64,000 bases of DNA from a bacterium (GCA_040390065.1 JAZJZE010000009.1:410930-474929), one strand, 5' to 3'; positions 1-9,742 are shown, numbered from the stretch's first letter. The notes: generated by a model not told the origin, from the letters alone. Numbers and translations: made by a program.

Positions 1-1168
1 GCTGCACGTCTGTAGCGGCAATGCCCAGCCCGGAATCGATGACCTCGACGGCCGCGTGGCCTGCCTCGGCGCGGGCAGCGAGGCGGATCTGGCCGCCTCG
101 TGGCGTGAACTTCACGGCGTTGTGCAGCAGGTTTCCGACGACCTGGTGCAGGCGATCGGCATCGCCGCGCACCCACAGGCCCGGTGCAACGTCGACTTCG
201 AGCCGTAACCCGGCCATGCGCACGACTTCGTGGTAGTCCGCCGCAGCGTCGTCCAGGACACGGGAGAAATCGACTCTGTCCATCGCCATGGGGAGGCGGT
301 CCGCCTGGATGCGTGAACTATCCAAGACGTCCTTCAGAAGGTCGCGCAGACGGTGGAGGTTGCGCTCGAGGACGCCCAGCGAATGCAGTTGCTCCTCCGT
401 CATGCCGGCAGACGCCCCGCGAAGCACGCTCAGTTGCAGCAGGATGGGAGTCATAGGCGTCGCAAGTTCGTGGGCGGCGGTGTTGATGAAATGCGTCTTG
501 AGTTCGTTGACGCGCCGCATCGTCTCGACGTCGCGGGCCGCCAGTTGCGCGTGTTCGAGTTCGATGCGCCGCTGATGTTCCGCCAGGCGCAACCCCTCCA
601 GGCGGCTGTAGGTACGGAAACGCACGCCGTGCGCAACGACGGCGATGACCGTGGAGCTGGCCAGGATGTAGCCGTACTGCGCCCAATCCGGCGAGGCCGC
701 GAGGTGGCCCGTGTGCAGACCCCAGGCGACTTCCGCGACCCAGAGGAAGTTGGACAGGACGAGGAGGGCGATGACCCACGGCCAAGACAGAAGGACGAGC
801 GCAATGCCCACTTGGAGAAGCGCCAGGCCGGCGGTCTGGACCGGGGTGGCGACCGTCCAGACGTTGACGAGGACGTACGGCACGACTGCGAGCCCCATGA
901 GGCCGGCGGCAAGGTTGGCGCGCCGGGCGGCGGCATCCGCGCGGCGCACGGCCAGGAAGACGCCCAGGAAGACGGCGGCTAGGGCGAGGTCCATCACGGC
1001 GGAGATGTGGCCGACCGGGGCCGGCTCCGTGTAGAACCAATCGAACGGCGAGAACAGGAGAAAGAGCGGCGCAAGCCACGCCGTGAGCAGGCGCACTCCC
1101 TGCAGGACGACTTGCCGCAGACCGTCGTCGACGGCGGCCGCCAGGTCATCGTCCTGCGGCGAGGCCAC
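1..1168 (-). CDS. Membrane-bound sensor histidine kinase (3' end runs off window)
   Basis: Not in the ORF track; read manually. Several TM helices, then H-box (FINTAAHELATPMT), N-box (LHQVVGNLLHNAVKFT) and G1 box (VIDSGLGI). GTG start at 1168. Confidence 0.88.
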   Translation of the reverse strand, partial: MASPQDDDLAAAVDDGLRQVVLQGVRLLTAWLAPLFLLFSPFDWFYTEPAPVGHISAVMDLALAAVFLGVFLAVRRADAAARRANLAAGLMGLAVVPYVLVNVWTVATPVQTAGLALLQVGIALVLLSWPWVIALLVLSNFLWVAEVAWGLHTGHLAASPDWAQYGYILASSTVIAVVAHGVRFRTYSRLEGLRLAEHQRRIELEHAQLAARDVETMRRVNELKTHFINTAAHELATPMTPILLQLSVLRGASAGMTEEQLHSLGVLERNLHRLRDLLKDVLDSSRIQADRLPMAMDRVDFSRVLDDAAADYHEVVRMAGLRLEVDVAPGLWVRGDADRLHQVVGNLLHNAVKFTPRGGQIRLAARAEAGHAAVEVIDSGLGIAATDVQ

Positions 1169-1224
1169 GACAGTGAAACGGGACGCGTCTATTTCAAGAC
1201 GGAGCCGGCGGACCAAACGGACGG

Positions 1225-2181
1225 CTACGTGTGCGTCGGGCGTTTGGGGGGAGCCGTCAGGCGGTCGAGCGACGACCGGCCCGAGGGTTCGAGGTAAACG
1301 TAGCGCAGGGAGGGCACGGCGTCGATGAGCTGCTCCTCCAGGCGCCGCAGGATCGTGGCCACCTGGCCTCCAGAGACGTCCGCGTGCAGTTCGATCTCGG
1401 CGCCAAGGAGCACGACCTCCGGGGCGAGGTGCATGCTTTGCAGGTTCACAAGACGCGCCACGGCCGGGTCCTCGGCGAAGATGCGCGTCACCTTGGCGAG
1501 TTCGAGCTTTCCAAGGCCCCGGCCGATGAGGAGGCCCTTGACTTGATTGCCGAGGAAGAAGGCGAAGCCCATGAGGAGCAAGCCGATGGCGACGCTGCCG
1601 AGTCCGTCCCAGATCGGGTCCCCCGTCCAGTACGTCAGGAGCACGGCCGCCGCGGCCAGGGGCAGACCGATGAGGGCAAGCGCGTCCTCGACGATGACGG
1701 TGAGGATGGAGGCGTCGCGGTTCTCGCGCAGGAACTCGCGCACGCTGGTCACGCCCCGCTTGAGCGCTGCACGTCTCGCTTCGCGCAGGGCGACGCTGAG
1801 GCTCGCCAGTTCGATCGCAAACGAGATGGCCAAGACGATGAGGGACAACTTGGGATCGCCGACGTCGTTCGGGTGGCGCATCTTGTCCACGCCCTCGAAG
1901 GCGGAGTAGGCACCCGCCACGCCAAACAACAGGATGGCGACCATGAACGGCCAGAAGTAGGCAGCCTTCGACGTGCCGAAGGGATGCTCCGCCGAGGGAG
2001 GCTGCTCGGAGCGGGCCATGCCCAACAGGAGGAGGAGCTGGTTGCCGACGTCGGAGAAGCTGTGCGCCGCTTCGGCGAGCATTGCGGCGGAATTGGCGAG
2101 CACGCCAGCCACGAGCTTGACGACGGCGATGAGCAAATTGCCAAGGAGCGCTGCGACGACGGCGAGACGTGATTCAGCCAA
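1225..2181 (-). CDS. Cation diffusion facilitator (CDF) family transporter
   Basis: SAAMLAEAAHSFSDVGNQ, HPFG and IVEDALAL motifs with about 6 TM helices. Start placed at TTG 2181 because the longer ORF overlaps the E1 alpha gene. Confidence 0.9.
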   Translation of the reverse strand: MAESRLAVVAALLGNLLIAVVKLVAGVLANSAAMLAEAAHSFSDVGNQLLLLLGMARSEQPPSAEHPFGTSKAAYFWPFMVAILLFGVAGAYSAFEGVDKMRHPNDVGDPKLSLIVLAISFAIELASLSVALREARRAALKRGVTSVREFLRENRDASILTVIVEDALALIGLPLAAAAVLLTYWTGDPIWDGLGSVAIGLLLMGFAFFLGNQVKGLLIGRGLGKLELAKVTRIFAEDPAVARLVNLQSMHLAPEVVLLGAEIELHADVSGGQVATILRRLEEQLIDAVPSLRYVYLEPSGRSSLDRLTAPPKRPTHT

Positions 2182-2218
2182 TGGACGGGCGACGACACCG
2201 GAGGGGAAGAAGGATGCG

Positions 2219-3370
2219 CTAGTGCGGCTTCGGCGGCCATTCGTATTGGCCGTTGTCGACCGCAGCCCGCAAGGCTCGCGCCTGGTCCTTGAGGAGGTCG
2301 GGCACGTGTTCGTAGACGTCGTAGAACATGGATTCCGGGGGCGGCAGGTGCGCGGCTTCGGCCTCCTTGATGGCGACGTCGACCTCGCGGTCGAGTTCCA
2401 ACTGCATCTGCTCTTCCCACTTCTCGCTCCAGATGCTGCGCGACCGCAGGTGCCGGCGCAGGATCTCGACGGGGTCGCGCTTGAGCCATTTCTGGTATTC
2501 GCCCTCGTCACGGTACCGCGTCGGGTCGTCGCTCGTCGAGTGGGGCACGAGACGGTACGTCAGGGCTTCGATGAGTGTCGGGCCCTTGCCCGCGCGGGCA
2601 CGCTCGGCCGCCTGCGTGACGGCCGTGTGGACGGCGACGAGGTCGTTGCCGTCGACGAGGATGCCCGGCATGCCGTACGCCTGCGCCTTCTCGGCGTATG
2701 TCTTCGTGGCCGTCTGCTTGTCGTGCTGCACGGAGATGGCGAACTGGTTGTTCTGGCAGACGAAGATGCATGGCGCCTTCGTGACCGCAGCGAAGTTGAG
2801 GGCGCTGTGGAAGTCGTTCTCGCTCGTCGCGCCGTCGCCGAGGAAGCCGACCGCCACCTGCTGCGTGCCCTTGAGCTTCATGCCATAGGCTGCGCCGGCG
2901 GCGTGGGGGAGTTGCGTCGCGATGACGCTGGACCAGGAGACGTGGTTGATGCTGCGGTCCATGTAATGGCACGGCATCTGCCGGCCCTTCTGCAAGTCGT
3001 GCTCGTTGCCGAGGCACTGCGCCGCGTAGTGGCTGATCTTGAGGCCGCGGTACAGCGCCGCGGAGCCTTCACGCAGGGCGGGGAAGAGCCAGTCGTCGTC
3101 GCGCAACGCCATCGCGGTGCCAATCGGCGTTGCCTCTTGGCCTGTGCAGGCGCCGTAGAACCCGATGCGCCCTTGGCGCTGCAGATTGGTGAGCTTGTTG
3201 TCGAGTGTCCGCACCAGCAGCATCGTGCGGAACGCCTTGCGCAACATCTCGGGTGCAATCTTGGGGATCTCGACGCCCGCGACGCCGTCGCCGTCGCCGA
3301 GGAAACGCAGCATCGGCACCTCGGGGCTGGGCGCATTCACCTGGCCGAGCACCCACTTCGCGGCTGCCAC
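2219..3370 (-). CDS. pdhA: 2-oxoacid (pyruvate/branched-chain) dehydrogenase E1 alpha subunit
   Basis: LQRQGRIGFY, TPP motif GDGATSE...NN, and YRLVPHSTSDDPTRYR loop. Confidence 0.92.
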   Translation of the reverse strand: MAAAKWVLGQVNAPSPEVPMLRFLGDGDGVAGVEIPKIAPEMLRKAFRTMLLVRTLDNKLTNLQRQGRIGFYGACTGQEATPIGTAMALRDDDWLFPALREGSAALYRGLKISHYAAQCLGNEHDLQKGRQMPCHYMDRSINHVSWSSVIATQLPHAAGAAYGMKLKGTQQVAVGFLGDGATSENDFHSALNFAAVTKAPCIFVCQNNQFAISVQHDKQTATKTYAEKAQAYGMPGILVDGNDLVAVHTAVTQAAERARAGKGPTLIEALTYRLVPHSTSDDPTRYRDEGEYQKWLKRDPVEILRRHLRSRSIWSEKWEEQMQLELDREVDVAIKEAEAAHLPPPESMFYDVYEHVPDLLKDQARALRAAVDNGQYEWPPKPH

Positions 3371-3434
3371 GCCTCCGAGAGGATGCTGCTGGATGAAAGG
3401 GCTTTGCTGGCGGGGCTGCTGGCTCGTCGCCGCG

Positions 3435-3499
3435 TCAACAGATGGAACAGATGAAACCGATGGGAAAGCGGCATCAGTTCCATCTGTTGCATCTGTTGA
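3435..3499. repeat. Long imperfect hairpin built from 9-bp units (AACAGATG / CATCTGTT)
   Basis: tcaacagatggaacagatgaaaccgatg, 9-nt loop, catcagttccatctgttgcatctgttga; intergenic. Confidence 0.85.
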
Positions 3500-3517
3500 T
3501 GGGCCGAGGGTCCCGCG

Positions 3518-5404
3518 TCACTTGCCCTGAAATCGTGCCGCCCGTTTCTCCACGAACGCCGACAATCCTTCGTCCTTGTCCTTGGTGGCAAACAGCAGCA
3601 CGACCGATTCCTGTTCCGCCTGCAGACCCGTCGCGAGGTCAAGCCCGAGGCCGCGGTCCATGCTGGACTTCGCTCCGGCAACGGCAAGCGGAGCCTTGGC
3701 GGCAATCGTGCGTGCGATGGTGAGGCAGTGGTCGAGGAGTTCGGCGCCGGACTTGACGTCGTTCACGAGCCCGACGGCCTTCGCCTCTGCCGCGCCGACC
3801 GTGCGACCGGTGTACACCATGTCCTTGGCCACGCCGAGGCCGACGCGCCGTGGCAGCCGCTGCGTGCCGCCGAAGCCGGGGTGGATGCCCAAGCCCACCT
3901 CGGGCAGGCCGAGTTGTGCCTTGTCGCTCGCGTACAGGAGATCTCCGGCCAGGGCGAGTTCGAGGCCGCCGCCGAAGGCGAAGCCGTTCACCGCAATGAT
4001 GACGGGACACGGCAATGCGGCAAGGCGGTCGATGACCCGGTTGCCCAACTCCGTGTACGCGCGGGCTGCCGCGGCGTCCATGGCCCGCATGGCCGGGATG
4101 TCTGCGCCGGCGATGAACGCCTTGCCTTCGCCGGTGACGACGACGGCGCGTGGGCGTGCCGCGTCGACTGCGTCCAGGCAGCGCTCGAGGTCATGCAAGA
4201 CGTGCGGCGCCAATGCGTTGAGGGCTTCCGGCCGGTCGAAGGTGATGAGGGAGATCGTCCCCGCGTCGAGGGATTCGTGGACGACCGTCGGCATCGGCCA
4301 CGGCTGCTGGTTGCGGGCCTGCAGCTCCAGCGTCGGCGGTACGGGGAACGCCTGCGACCAGGAGCGCGAGACGGCCTTGACCTCGGCCAGGGCCTGCTGG
4401 ATTCCGAGCTTGTTCATCATGGCAAACGGCCCGGCCGCCCAGCGCAAGCCGATCGTGGCGCCGCGGTCGGTGTCGCGGATTGTCGCGACGTCGCTTTCGA
4501 CGAGGTGGCATGCGATGCCGAAGACGACGCCGCGCAGGCGAGCGGCCACGGCTGGCGTCTTCGCCTCCGCGATGGCGCCGGCCAAGTCCCAGTTCGCCTT
4601 CTTCTCGACTTGGGCCTTGAGGCTCTTGGCGGGTTCGTAGAACGCACCAAGCTCCCGGTGCAGCGTCGTCTGCGCGTGCAGGCTGATGGGCACGCCGGTC
4701 ACGTTCATGAGTTCGAACGGACCCATCGTGATGCCGAAGGCTTCCCTTGCCGCGGCCTCAATCGTCGGAATGTCCGCGACCTTCTCGTCCAGCAGGTGGC
4801 ACGCTTCGTTTACCCACGGCACGAAGAAGCGGTTGACCGCGAAGCCCGGTGCGTCGGACGTCTGGATGGGCGTCTTGCCCGCTCGCTTCACTGCGGCATA
4901 CGCGGCCGCGAATGCTTCGGGGCTGGTGGCGGGGCCCTTCACGACCTCGACGAGCTTGTTGATCGCGGCGGGGAAGAAGAAATGCAGGCCCACGACGCGG
5001 TCGGCGCGCGTCGTCACGGTGGCCAGGTCCTTGACGTAGAAGCTGGACGTGTTCGTCGCCAGGATGGTCTTCGCAGGCGCGGCCTTGTCGAGGCGCGCGA
5101 AAAGATCCTGCTTGACTTTGAGATCCTCGAAGACGGCCTCCACGACGAGGTCGGCGGCGGCGACGGCCGCGGCGAGGTCGGGCTGCGCCTTGAGGTGTGC
5201 GCGGATGCCATCGAGCTCGGTCGCGGGCATCTTCCCGTCGGCGACGCGCTTCTGCAGCGGTGCGGTGATGCGGTCCAAGCCGCGCTGGATGGCGGCCGCA
5301 TCGACGTCGTTCAAGGTCACGTCGAAGCCCGCGGCGGCGAAGCTCTGCGCGATGCCTGAGCCCATGTTGCCGGCGCCGACGACCGTGACGTTCCGGATGT
5401 CCAT
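3518..5404 (-). CDS. 3-hydroxyacyl-CoA dehydrogenase / enoyl-CoA hydratase fusion
   Basis: VVGAGNMGSGIA, ATNTSS, GLHFF and PGFAVNR (HADH), then AFIAGADI, GGGLELA and PEVGLGIHPGFGGTQRL (crotonase). Confidence 0.95.
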   Translation of the reverse strand: MDIRNVTVVGAGNMGSGIAQSFAAAGFDVTLNDVDAAAIQRGLDRITAPLQKRVADGKMPATELDGIRAHLKAQPDLAAAVAAADLVVEAVFEDLKVKQDLFARLDKAAPAKTILATNTSSFYVKDLATVTTRADRVVGLHFFFPAAINKLVEVVKGPATSPEAFAAAYAAVKRAGKTPIQTSDAPGFAVNRFFVPWVNEACHLLDEKVADIPTIEAAAREAFGITMGPFELMNVTGVPISLHAQTTLHRELGAFYEPAKSLKAQVEKKANWDLAGAIAEAKTPAVAARLRGVVFGIACHLVESDVATIRDTDRGATIGLRWAAGPFAMMNKLGIQQALAEVKAVSRSWSQAFPVPPTLELQARNQQPWPMPTVVHESLDAGTISLITFDRPEALNALAPHVLHDLERCLDAVDAARPRAVVVTGEGKAFIAGADIPAMRAMDAAAARAYTELGNRVIDRLAALPCPVIIAVNGFAFGGGLELALAGDLLYASDKAQLGLPEVGLGIHPGFGGTQRLPRRVGLGVAKDMVYTGRTVGAAEAKAVGLVNDVKSGAELLDHCLTIARTIAAKAPLAVAGAKSSMDRGLGLDLATGLQAEQESVVLLFATKDKDEGLSAFVEKRAARFQGK

Positions 5405-5447
5405 CGCGTGCGCCACCGCGGCAACCGTGAAAGCCTTGCGCCGACCG

Positions 5448-6089
5448 CTAGGCCGCGGGGGCGCCAGGCGGCGCCAGTTTCCGGCTCTGCTTCAGTCGGG
5501 TTTCGCAGACGGTCCAGTCGATGGCGGCGTTGAAGGCGTTGATGTAGCTCCACCGGTCGGTGTTGTAGTCGCGCATGTAGGCGTGCTCGAAGAGGTCGAG
5601 GACGAGGATGGGGGTCGTACCCGCAAAGATGCCGGCGTCGTGCTCGTTGATCCAGCAGTTGATGAAGCGGTCCGCTTGCGGGTCGTGGCACAACGCAGCC
5701 CAACCGATCCCCCGCAGGCCGCCGACCGTCTGGAAGCGCGCCCACCAAGTCTCGAGGGAGCCATGCTCGGCCACGAGGGCTTGCCGCAGCGGCGAATCGC
5801 GCGTCATCTCGCGGCCACCGGAGACCATGCCGTCGAAGTAGAGTTCGTGCAGGCGCATGCCGTTGAACTCCCAGACCAGCCGACGCCGCACCTCGCCCGC
5901 CGCGTACGGGTCCACGCCGGTCGCGCGCAGGAGCTCCAGGCATTTGTTGGCGTGCTTGACGTAGCCTGAGTAGAGTTCGAAGTGGGTGCGCAGCAGCGGC
6001 TCGGAGAAGCCTCGCGTGCCGATGAGGCGTTCGTAGTCATGCGGTTGGTACTCGCGCTTGCCGGGAATCTGTTGTGCTTGCGTGACCAT
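5448..6089 (-). CDS. Fe/Mn superoxide dismutase family protein (divergent, ChrC-like)
   Basis: THFELYSGYV, FNGMRLHELYF, GIGWA and LDLFEHAY metal-ligand motifs. Confidence 0.85.
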   Translation of the reverse strand: MVTQAQQIPGKREYQPHDYERLIGTRGFSEPLLRTHFELYSGYVKHANKCLELLRATGVDPYAAGEVRRRLVWEFNGMRLHELYFDGMVSGGREMTRDSPLRQALVAEHGSLETWWARFQTVGGLRGIGWAALCHDPQADRFINCWINEHDAGIFAGTTPILVLDLFEHAYMRDYNTDRWSYINAFNAAIDWTVCETRLKQSRKLAPPGAPAA

Positions 6090-6147
6090 GGCCAGACCAA
6101 CGTGCCGCCCGGTTTACCGTCGAGGTTCGCGGCAAACGCATAAGCCC

Positions 6148-6885
6148 GTGTGCCACTGCACCGTCGTGGCCGGCGTCATCGGGCTTCGCGGCCCCGACAT
6201 CGAGAAGCGCGACGCTCTTCGCGGCTACCAGGTCGTCTGGGCCGACGCGGACCGGCCCATCATTCGGCCGCACACGGGTTCGCCCGTGCTCTACGTCGGC
6301 GAGGACGGCAAGCCCACGGTCGAGCGGCACGTCTTCGGGTTCAGCCGCAGGTTCTCCAGTTTCAACGCCCGCGCCGACAAGTTGGAGGAAGGCAAGATGT
6401 GGGCGCCGATGTTCGGCAAGGCGGGCCACCACGGCGTTGCCCCGGTCTCGTATATCCTGGAATGGTCCGAGGTGGACGGCGAGAAGCGGCCGTACCGCAT
6501 CGAGCGTGCCGACGGCGCCGCCATGGCCGTGCCCGCCCTCGTTGGCGGCTACTGGGAGGCCAAGGACACGCGTGCCTTCGCCCTCGTCACGATCGAGCCC
6601 AACAAGTTCGTGGCGACGTTCCACGACCGCATGATCGGGCAACTCGCCGACGACGCGGTCGACGTCTGGCTGAATCCCGCAAGGCACGGCAAGAAGGCCT
6701 TGTGGGAATGCCTCAAGGCCCCCTCGGACGACGAGCTCGTCGCGTATCCGCTTGCGCCCGACGTGGGCTCGGCGAAGTTCGACAACACGGACGCGATGAA
6801 AGCTGTCGGCAAGGCGCTCGTGTGGGCGGACGTCAAGGCGAAGAAGCCAGCAAAGCGGCCGGCGTCGCGGCAGGCGAAGCTGTAG
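6148..6885 (+). CDS. SRAP / HMCES-YedK family abasic-site-processing protein
   Basis: GTG start at 6148 gives Cys2. FNARADKL, ILEW and FHDRM motifs match the SRAP Cys-Glu-His architecture. Confidence 0.8.
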   Translation: MCHCTVVAGVIGLRGPDIEKRDALRGYQVVWADADRPIIRPHTGSPVLYVGEDGKPTVERHVFGFSRRFSSFNARADKLEEGKMWAPMFGKAGHHGVAPVSYILEWSEVDGEKRPYRIERADGAAMAVPALVGGYWEAKDTRAFALVTIEPNKFVATFHDRMIGQLADDAVDVWLNPARHGKKALWECLKAPSDDELVAYPLAPDVGSAKFDNTDAMKAVGKALVWADVKAKKPAKRPASRQAKL

Positions 6886-6995
6886 AAACCGGTCGCCGCG
6901 CCGGAGGTTGCAAGATCGTCCGCAACCTCCTCGGCATCCAGCGCAGCACGCGCCGGCATCCGGGGCACTCGTTCGGGTTGAGGGCGTGCCCCATC

Positions 6996-7121
6996 CTAGT
7001 CCATCCAGGCGCGGCATTGGGCGCACTTGGCATCCCAGCCGCAATGCGGGCACCAGTCGTTGGCCCAGCTAGGGGCCTTGAAACCCATCATGGCTTCGTG
7101 GTGTTGTGTGTCGTTCATCAT
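6996..7121 (-). CDS. Putative Cys-rich zinc-finger microprotein (41 aa)
   Basis: WCPHCG...KCAQC pattern. Short, so it may be spurious. Confidence 0.35.
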   Translation of the reverse strand: MMNDTQHHEAMMGFKAPSWANDWCPHCGWDAKCAQCRAWMD

Positions 7122-7231
7122 GCCTAGATTGGCGGGCGTGACGGTCAAAGGCGACGCATCGAGGAATTGGAATCTATAGAGATTCGACGGGCCAGTCGGG
7201 CGTGGCCGCGTTCCTGGTTTCTGCTCCGCAC

Positions 7232-7306
7232 GAACCACTGGGTTCACAGCGCTCACTGAGGCCGACGGGGCGGGGCGTTCAGTGGGTTCAGTGAGTTCAG
7301 TGGTTC
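7232..7306. repeat. Imperfect hairpin with 9-bp periodic arms (GAACCACTG...TTCAGTG x3)
   Basis: gaaccactg...cactga pairs with tcagtgggt tcagtgagt tcagtggttc. Confidence 0.7.
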
Positions 7307-7319
7307 ATCCGCGGGCGGA

Positions 7320-7615
7320 GTGTGGGCGGCCTTCGGATTTCGGGGATGCAAACGGCGATTCTTGGGACTGGGTGGTCAACCGCGAAATCCCAATCATCGC
7401 AACGCAATCCCCGCAATCCGAGGCCGCCCTTGCGCGGTCACCCGGGACTTGGCAGGGCCCCCGGCGGCCCTCGCCCGCGCGTTTCGCCGCGGGCTCGCCA
7501 AGCCCTCGCGCGGCGGCTTCGCCTCGCCGGCACTCGCCCCGGCCGGGGGCGGTCCGCTTCGCCATCTTGGATTCCCTTGTGGACGTCGGCGGCGTCGGAG
7601 GTTTGACGAATCCGT
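7320..7615 (-). repeat. Dispersed ~300-bp intergenic element, copy A
   Basis: 7566-7615 reverse-complement matches 17861-17910 at 46/50. Two further shared blocks occur in the same order. Confidence 0.75.
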
Positions 7616-7688
7616 GGATGGCCAAGCCATGCAGGTTGACCCGTCGAAAACAGGGAAGAGGAAGGGGAAAAAGATCGAGCTTGGTGGA

Positions 7689-7850
7689 CTACGCCTTCTT
7701 CTCGGTGTAGCCGCACTTGCCGCAGTGGCTGCGGTTGTCGTGCTGCGCCAGGAAGACGCCGGGGCCGCACTTCGGGCACGCCTTGTGGGTGCGCACGAGC
7801 TTCGTGCCCTCGATGGTGTAGAACTTGGAGGCGTTGCCGGAGCCTGCCAT
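7689..7850 (-). CDS. rps27ae: 30S ribosomal protein S27ae
   Basis: Read manually: [53 protein letters not shown]; directly after rps24e. Confidence 0.97.
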   Translation of the reverse strand: MAGSGNASKFYTIEGTKLVRTHKACPKCGPGVFLAQHDNRSHCGKCGYTEKKA

Positions 7851-7852
7851 GC

Positions 7853-8215
7853 TTAGGCCCCCTTCTTCGCGGGCTTGGCGGCAGCGGGCTTGGCGTCGCC
7901 TTCGGCGGCCTTGCCTTCCTTCTTCGGCTTCTCGATGTAGAGCTGGTTGCGCTTGAGGAGGTGGACGCGCTCGGTGCTGCGGGCAGCGTCGGCGGACTTG
8001 TAGGCGCGGGCCGTGCCCTTCGTGGCGCCGACTCCGTAGGACGAGTGCATCTCGTCGATGACGACGTTCTCGGTCTTGGTGCCGAGTTCGCCGGCCACGA
8101 GCTGGCGCACCTGGGTGCGGCTCGGGGTGGTCTCGCCGTCGTGGCGCAGGCTGAACTGGATTTCCTGCCGGGCCAGGATGGCGTTGTCCTTCTTGTGCGT
8201 GATCTTGAGTTCCAT
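7853..8215 (-). CDS. rps24e: 30S ribosomal protein S24e
   Basis: NAILARQEI...TPSR...GTARAY pattern; canonical rps24e-rps27ae order. Confidence 0.96.
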   Translation of the reverse strand: MELKITHKKDNAILARQEIQFSLRHDGETTPSRTQVRQLVAGELGTKTENVVIDEMHSSYGVGATKGTARAYKSADAARSTERVHLLKRNQLYIEKPKKEGKAAEGDAKPAAAKPAKKGA

Positions 8216-8313
8216 GGGTTCACCTTCGGCAGCGGGGTCACCGATGCGTCATGGCCCTTGCGGGCAAATGGCCGACTTCGACCCCCTATTTGAAGGACAC
8301 CACGGGGGCCGGC

Positions 8314-9672
8314 CTACGCAGCCGCCTTGAGTGTCAGGCTGTCGTCGAGCGTGATGACGCCGGCGGCATCGAGGCGTCGGGCGTGGTAGGCAGCCGTCGA
8401 GTACGCCACGCCGAGTTCGCGGGCGACGTCGGCGAGGCCGATGCCGGGCTGCCGGGCCGCGAGGTCGACGACTTGGCGGGCGACTTCGGGGCGCAAGGCC
8501 ACGGCGCGCGCAGCGCCCGCTCCCGCGGCACCGGCGGCGAAGAAGCACAGGAATTTCCCCGAGCGCTCGCTGCGGACGAGGCCTGCCGTCTGCAGGACGC
8601 CGAGGTGGTGTTCGACGGTGCCCCGGCCCTTTCCGGCAGCGGCGACGAGGTCGACGAAGTTGATGCCCGGCTGCTCCGTGATGGATTGCAGCAGGATGCG
8701 GCGCACTGGGTGCTCCGCGACGTCCTGGCCCGACAAGCGCGTAAAGAGTCCAAAGAGGGCCGGCCAGAGCGTCGGCTTGCGGTGCACGGCCACTCCGACT
8801 GCGCCGGCGCTGAGACCGACGCCGATGGCCACCCATTCCCAGCGAATCGGCGGAGGCGGTGGGAGGGCGGGCGGCGCGGCCACCGCGCCAAAGGGAACGG
8901 AACGTGAGTCGGCAGGCGAGCCGACGTCGGGCGGCGCAAACGGCGTTCCGGCGTCGCACGCCGCGCATGCGGATTCGTGGGGGCTGGTCGCTAGTGCCGC
9001 GCCCATCGTGTGGTCGCACGCGTCGCCGGTGCCGTCGCCGTCGAGGTCGTCTTGGCCCGCGTTGGCGATGTCCGGGCAGTTGTCCGCGGAGTCGACGATG
9101 CCGTCACCGTCGCGGTCAGCATCGCACGCATCGCCGATGCCATCCTCGTCGCCGTCGCTTTGCATGGGGTTCGCGACCATCGGGCAGTTGTCGTCGCCGT
9201 CGCGGATGCCGTCATGGTCGCTGTCGGCGGCCGCCGCAGCCGGATCGGTTCCGTCGCTTGGCTTCCACGGGAAAGCGCCAGGAGAATGCGGGGCTGGGCA
9301 GCCGGCGTCGGCGCCGATGGTGACTAGGAGGACCGTCGTGAAGAGCCGGCCTTGCGTGTCGCGGACGGTGAGGGCCACCTGGTACGTGCCGGCCTGCGCA
9401 AAGACGTGCCGCACAGGAGTCAGGCCGCTCGTGGCGCCGTCGCCGAACTGCCATTCCAGGCCCGCCACGGTGCCGCGCACCGCTTCGTCGAAGAAGACAG
9501 GACGGTCCGTGCAGCCGGAGCCTTCGTCGCTCCACACGAACGAGACACCCGAGGCCGCGGCGGGGACGTTGGCGCCAACGGGTGATGCCGCGACGAGCAG
9601 GAGCAAGGCCGTCGCTGCCACGGCGGCGCGGGCAGCACGCCAATGCGATGCGAAGACGTCGTTCGTTTGCAC
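8314..9672 (-). CDS. Membrane-spanning protein: signal peptide, PKD domain, TSP type-3 repeats, TM helix, tandem winged-helix domains
   Basis: WQFGDG...HVFAQAGTYQVALTV (PKD), DxDxDG..DNCP repeats, TM WVAIGVGLSAGAVGVAV, then HPVRRILL...PGI...HHLGVL and PGIGLADVARELGVAYSTAAYH (wHTH). Confidence 0.85.
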   Translation of the reverse strand: MQTNDVFASHWRAARAAVAATALLLLVAASPVGANVPAAASGVSFVWSDEGSGCTDRPVFFDEAVRGTVAGLEWQFGDGATSGLTPVRHVFAQAGTYQVALTVRDTQGRLFTTVLLVTIGADAGCPAPHSPGAFPWKPSDGTDPAAAAADSDHDGIRDGDDNCPMVANPMQSDGDEDGIGDACDADRDGDGIVDSADNCPDIANAGQDDLDGDGTGDACDHTMGAALATSPHESACAACDAGTPFAPPDVGSPADSRSVPFGAVAAPPALPPPPPIRWEWVAIGVGLSAGAVGVAVHRKPTLWPALFGLFTRLSGQDVAEHPVRRILLQSITEQPGINFVDLVAAAGKGRGTVEHHLGVLQTAGLVRSERSGKFLCFFAAGAAGAGAARAVALRPEVARQVVDLAARQPGIGLADVARELGVAYSTAAYHARRLDAAGVITLDDSLTLKAAA

Positions 9673-9719
9673 GTCGAGCCTGGGCTGGGTCGCCAGCCTA
9701 TGCGACCATCGGAACCGCC

Positions 9720-9742
9720 TTCTAAAAGCGATTGGGTAGGTC
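9720..9742 (-). promoter_or_regulatory. Shared 23-bp upstream motif, copy 1 (GACCTACCCAATCGCTTTTAGAA)
   Basis: 21/23 identical to 12388-12410. Ends in a TATA-like TTTAGAA about 48 nt before the start codon. Confidence 0.65.

Noticed and set aside
2219-3370. E1 alpha without adjacent E1 beta/E2
   Set aside because: Partner genes may lie elsewhere in the genome; this cannot be judged from the window.
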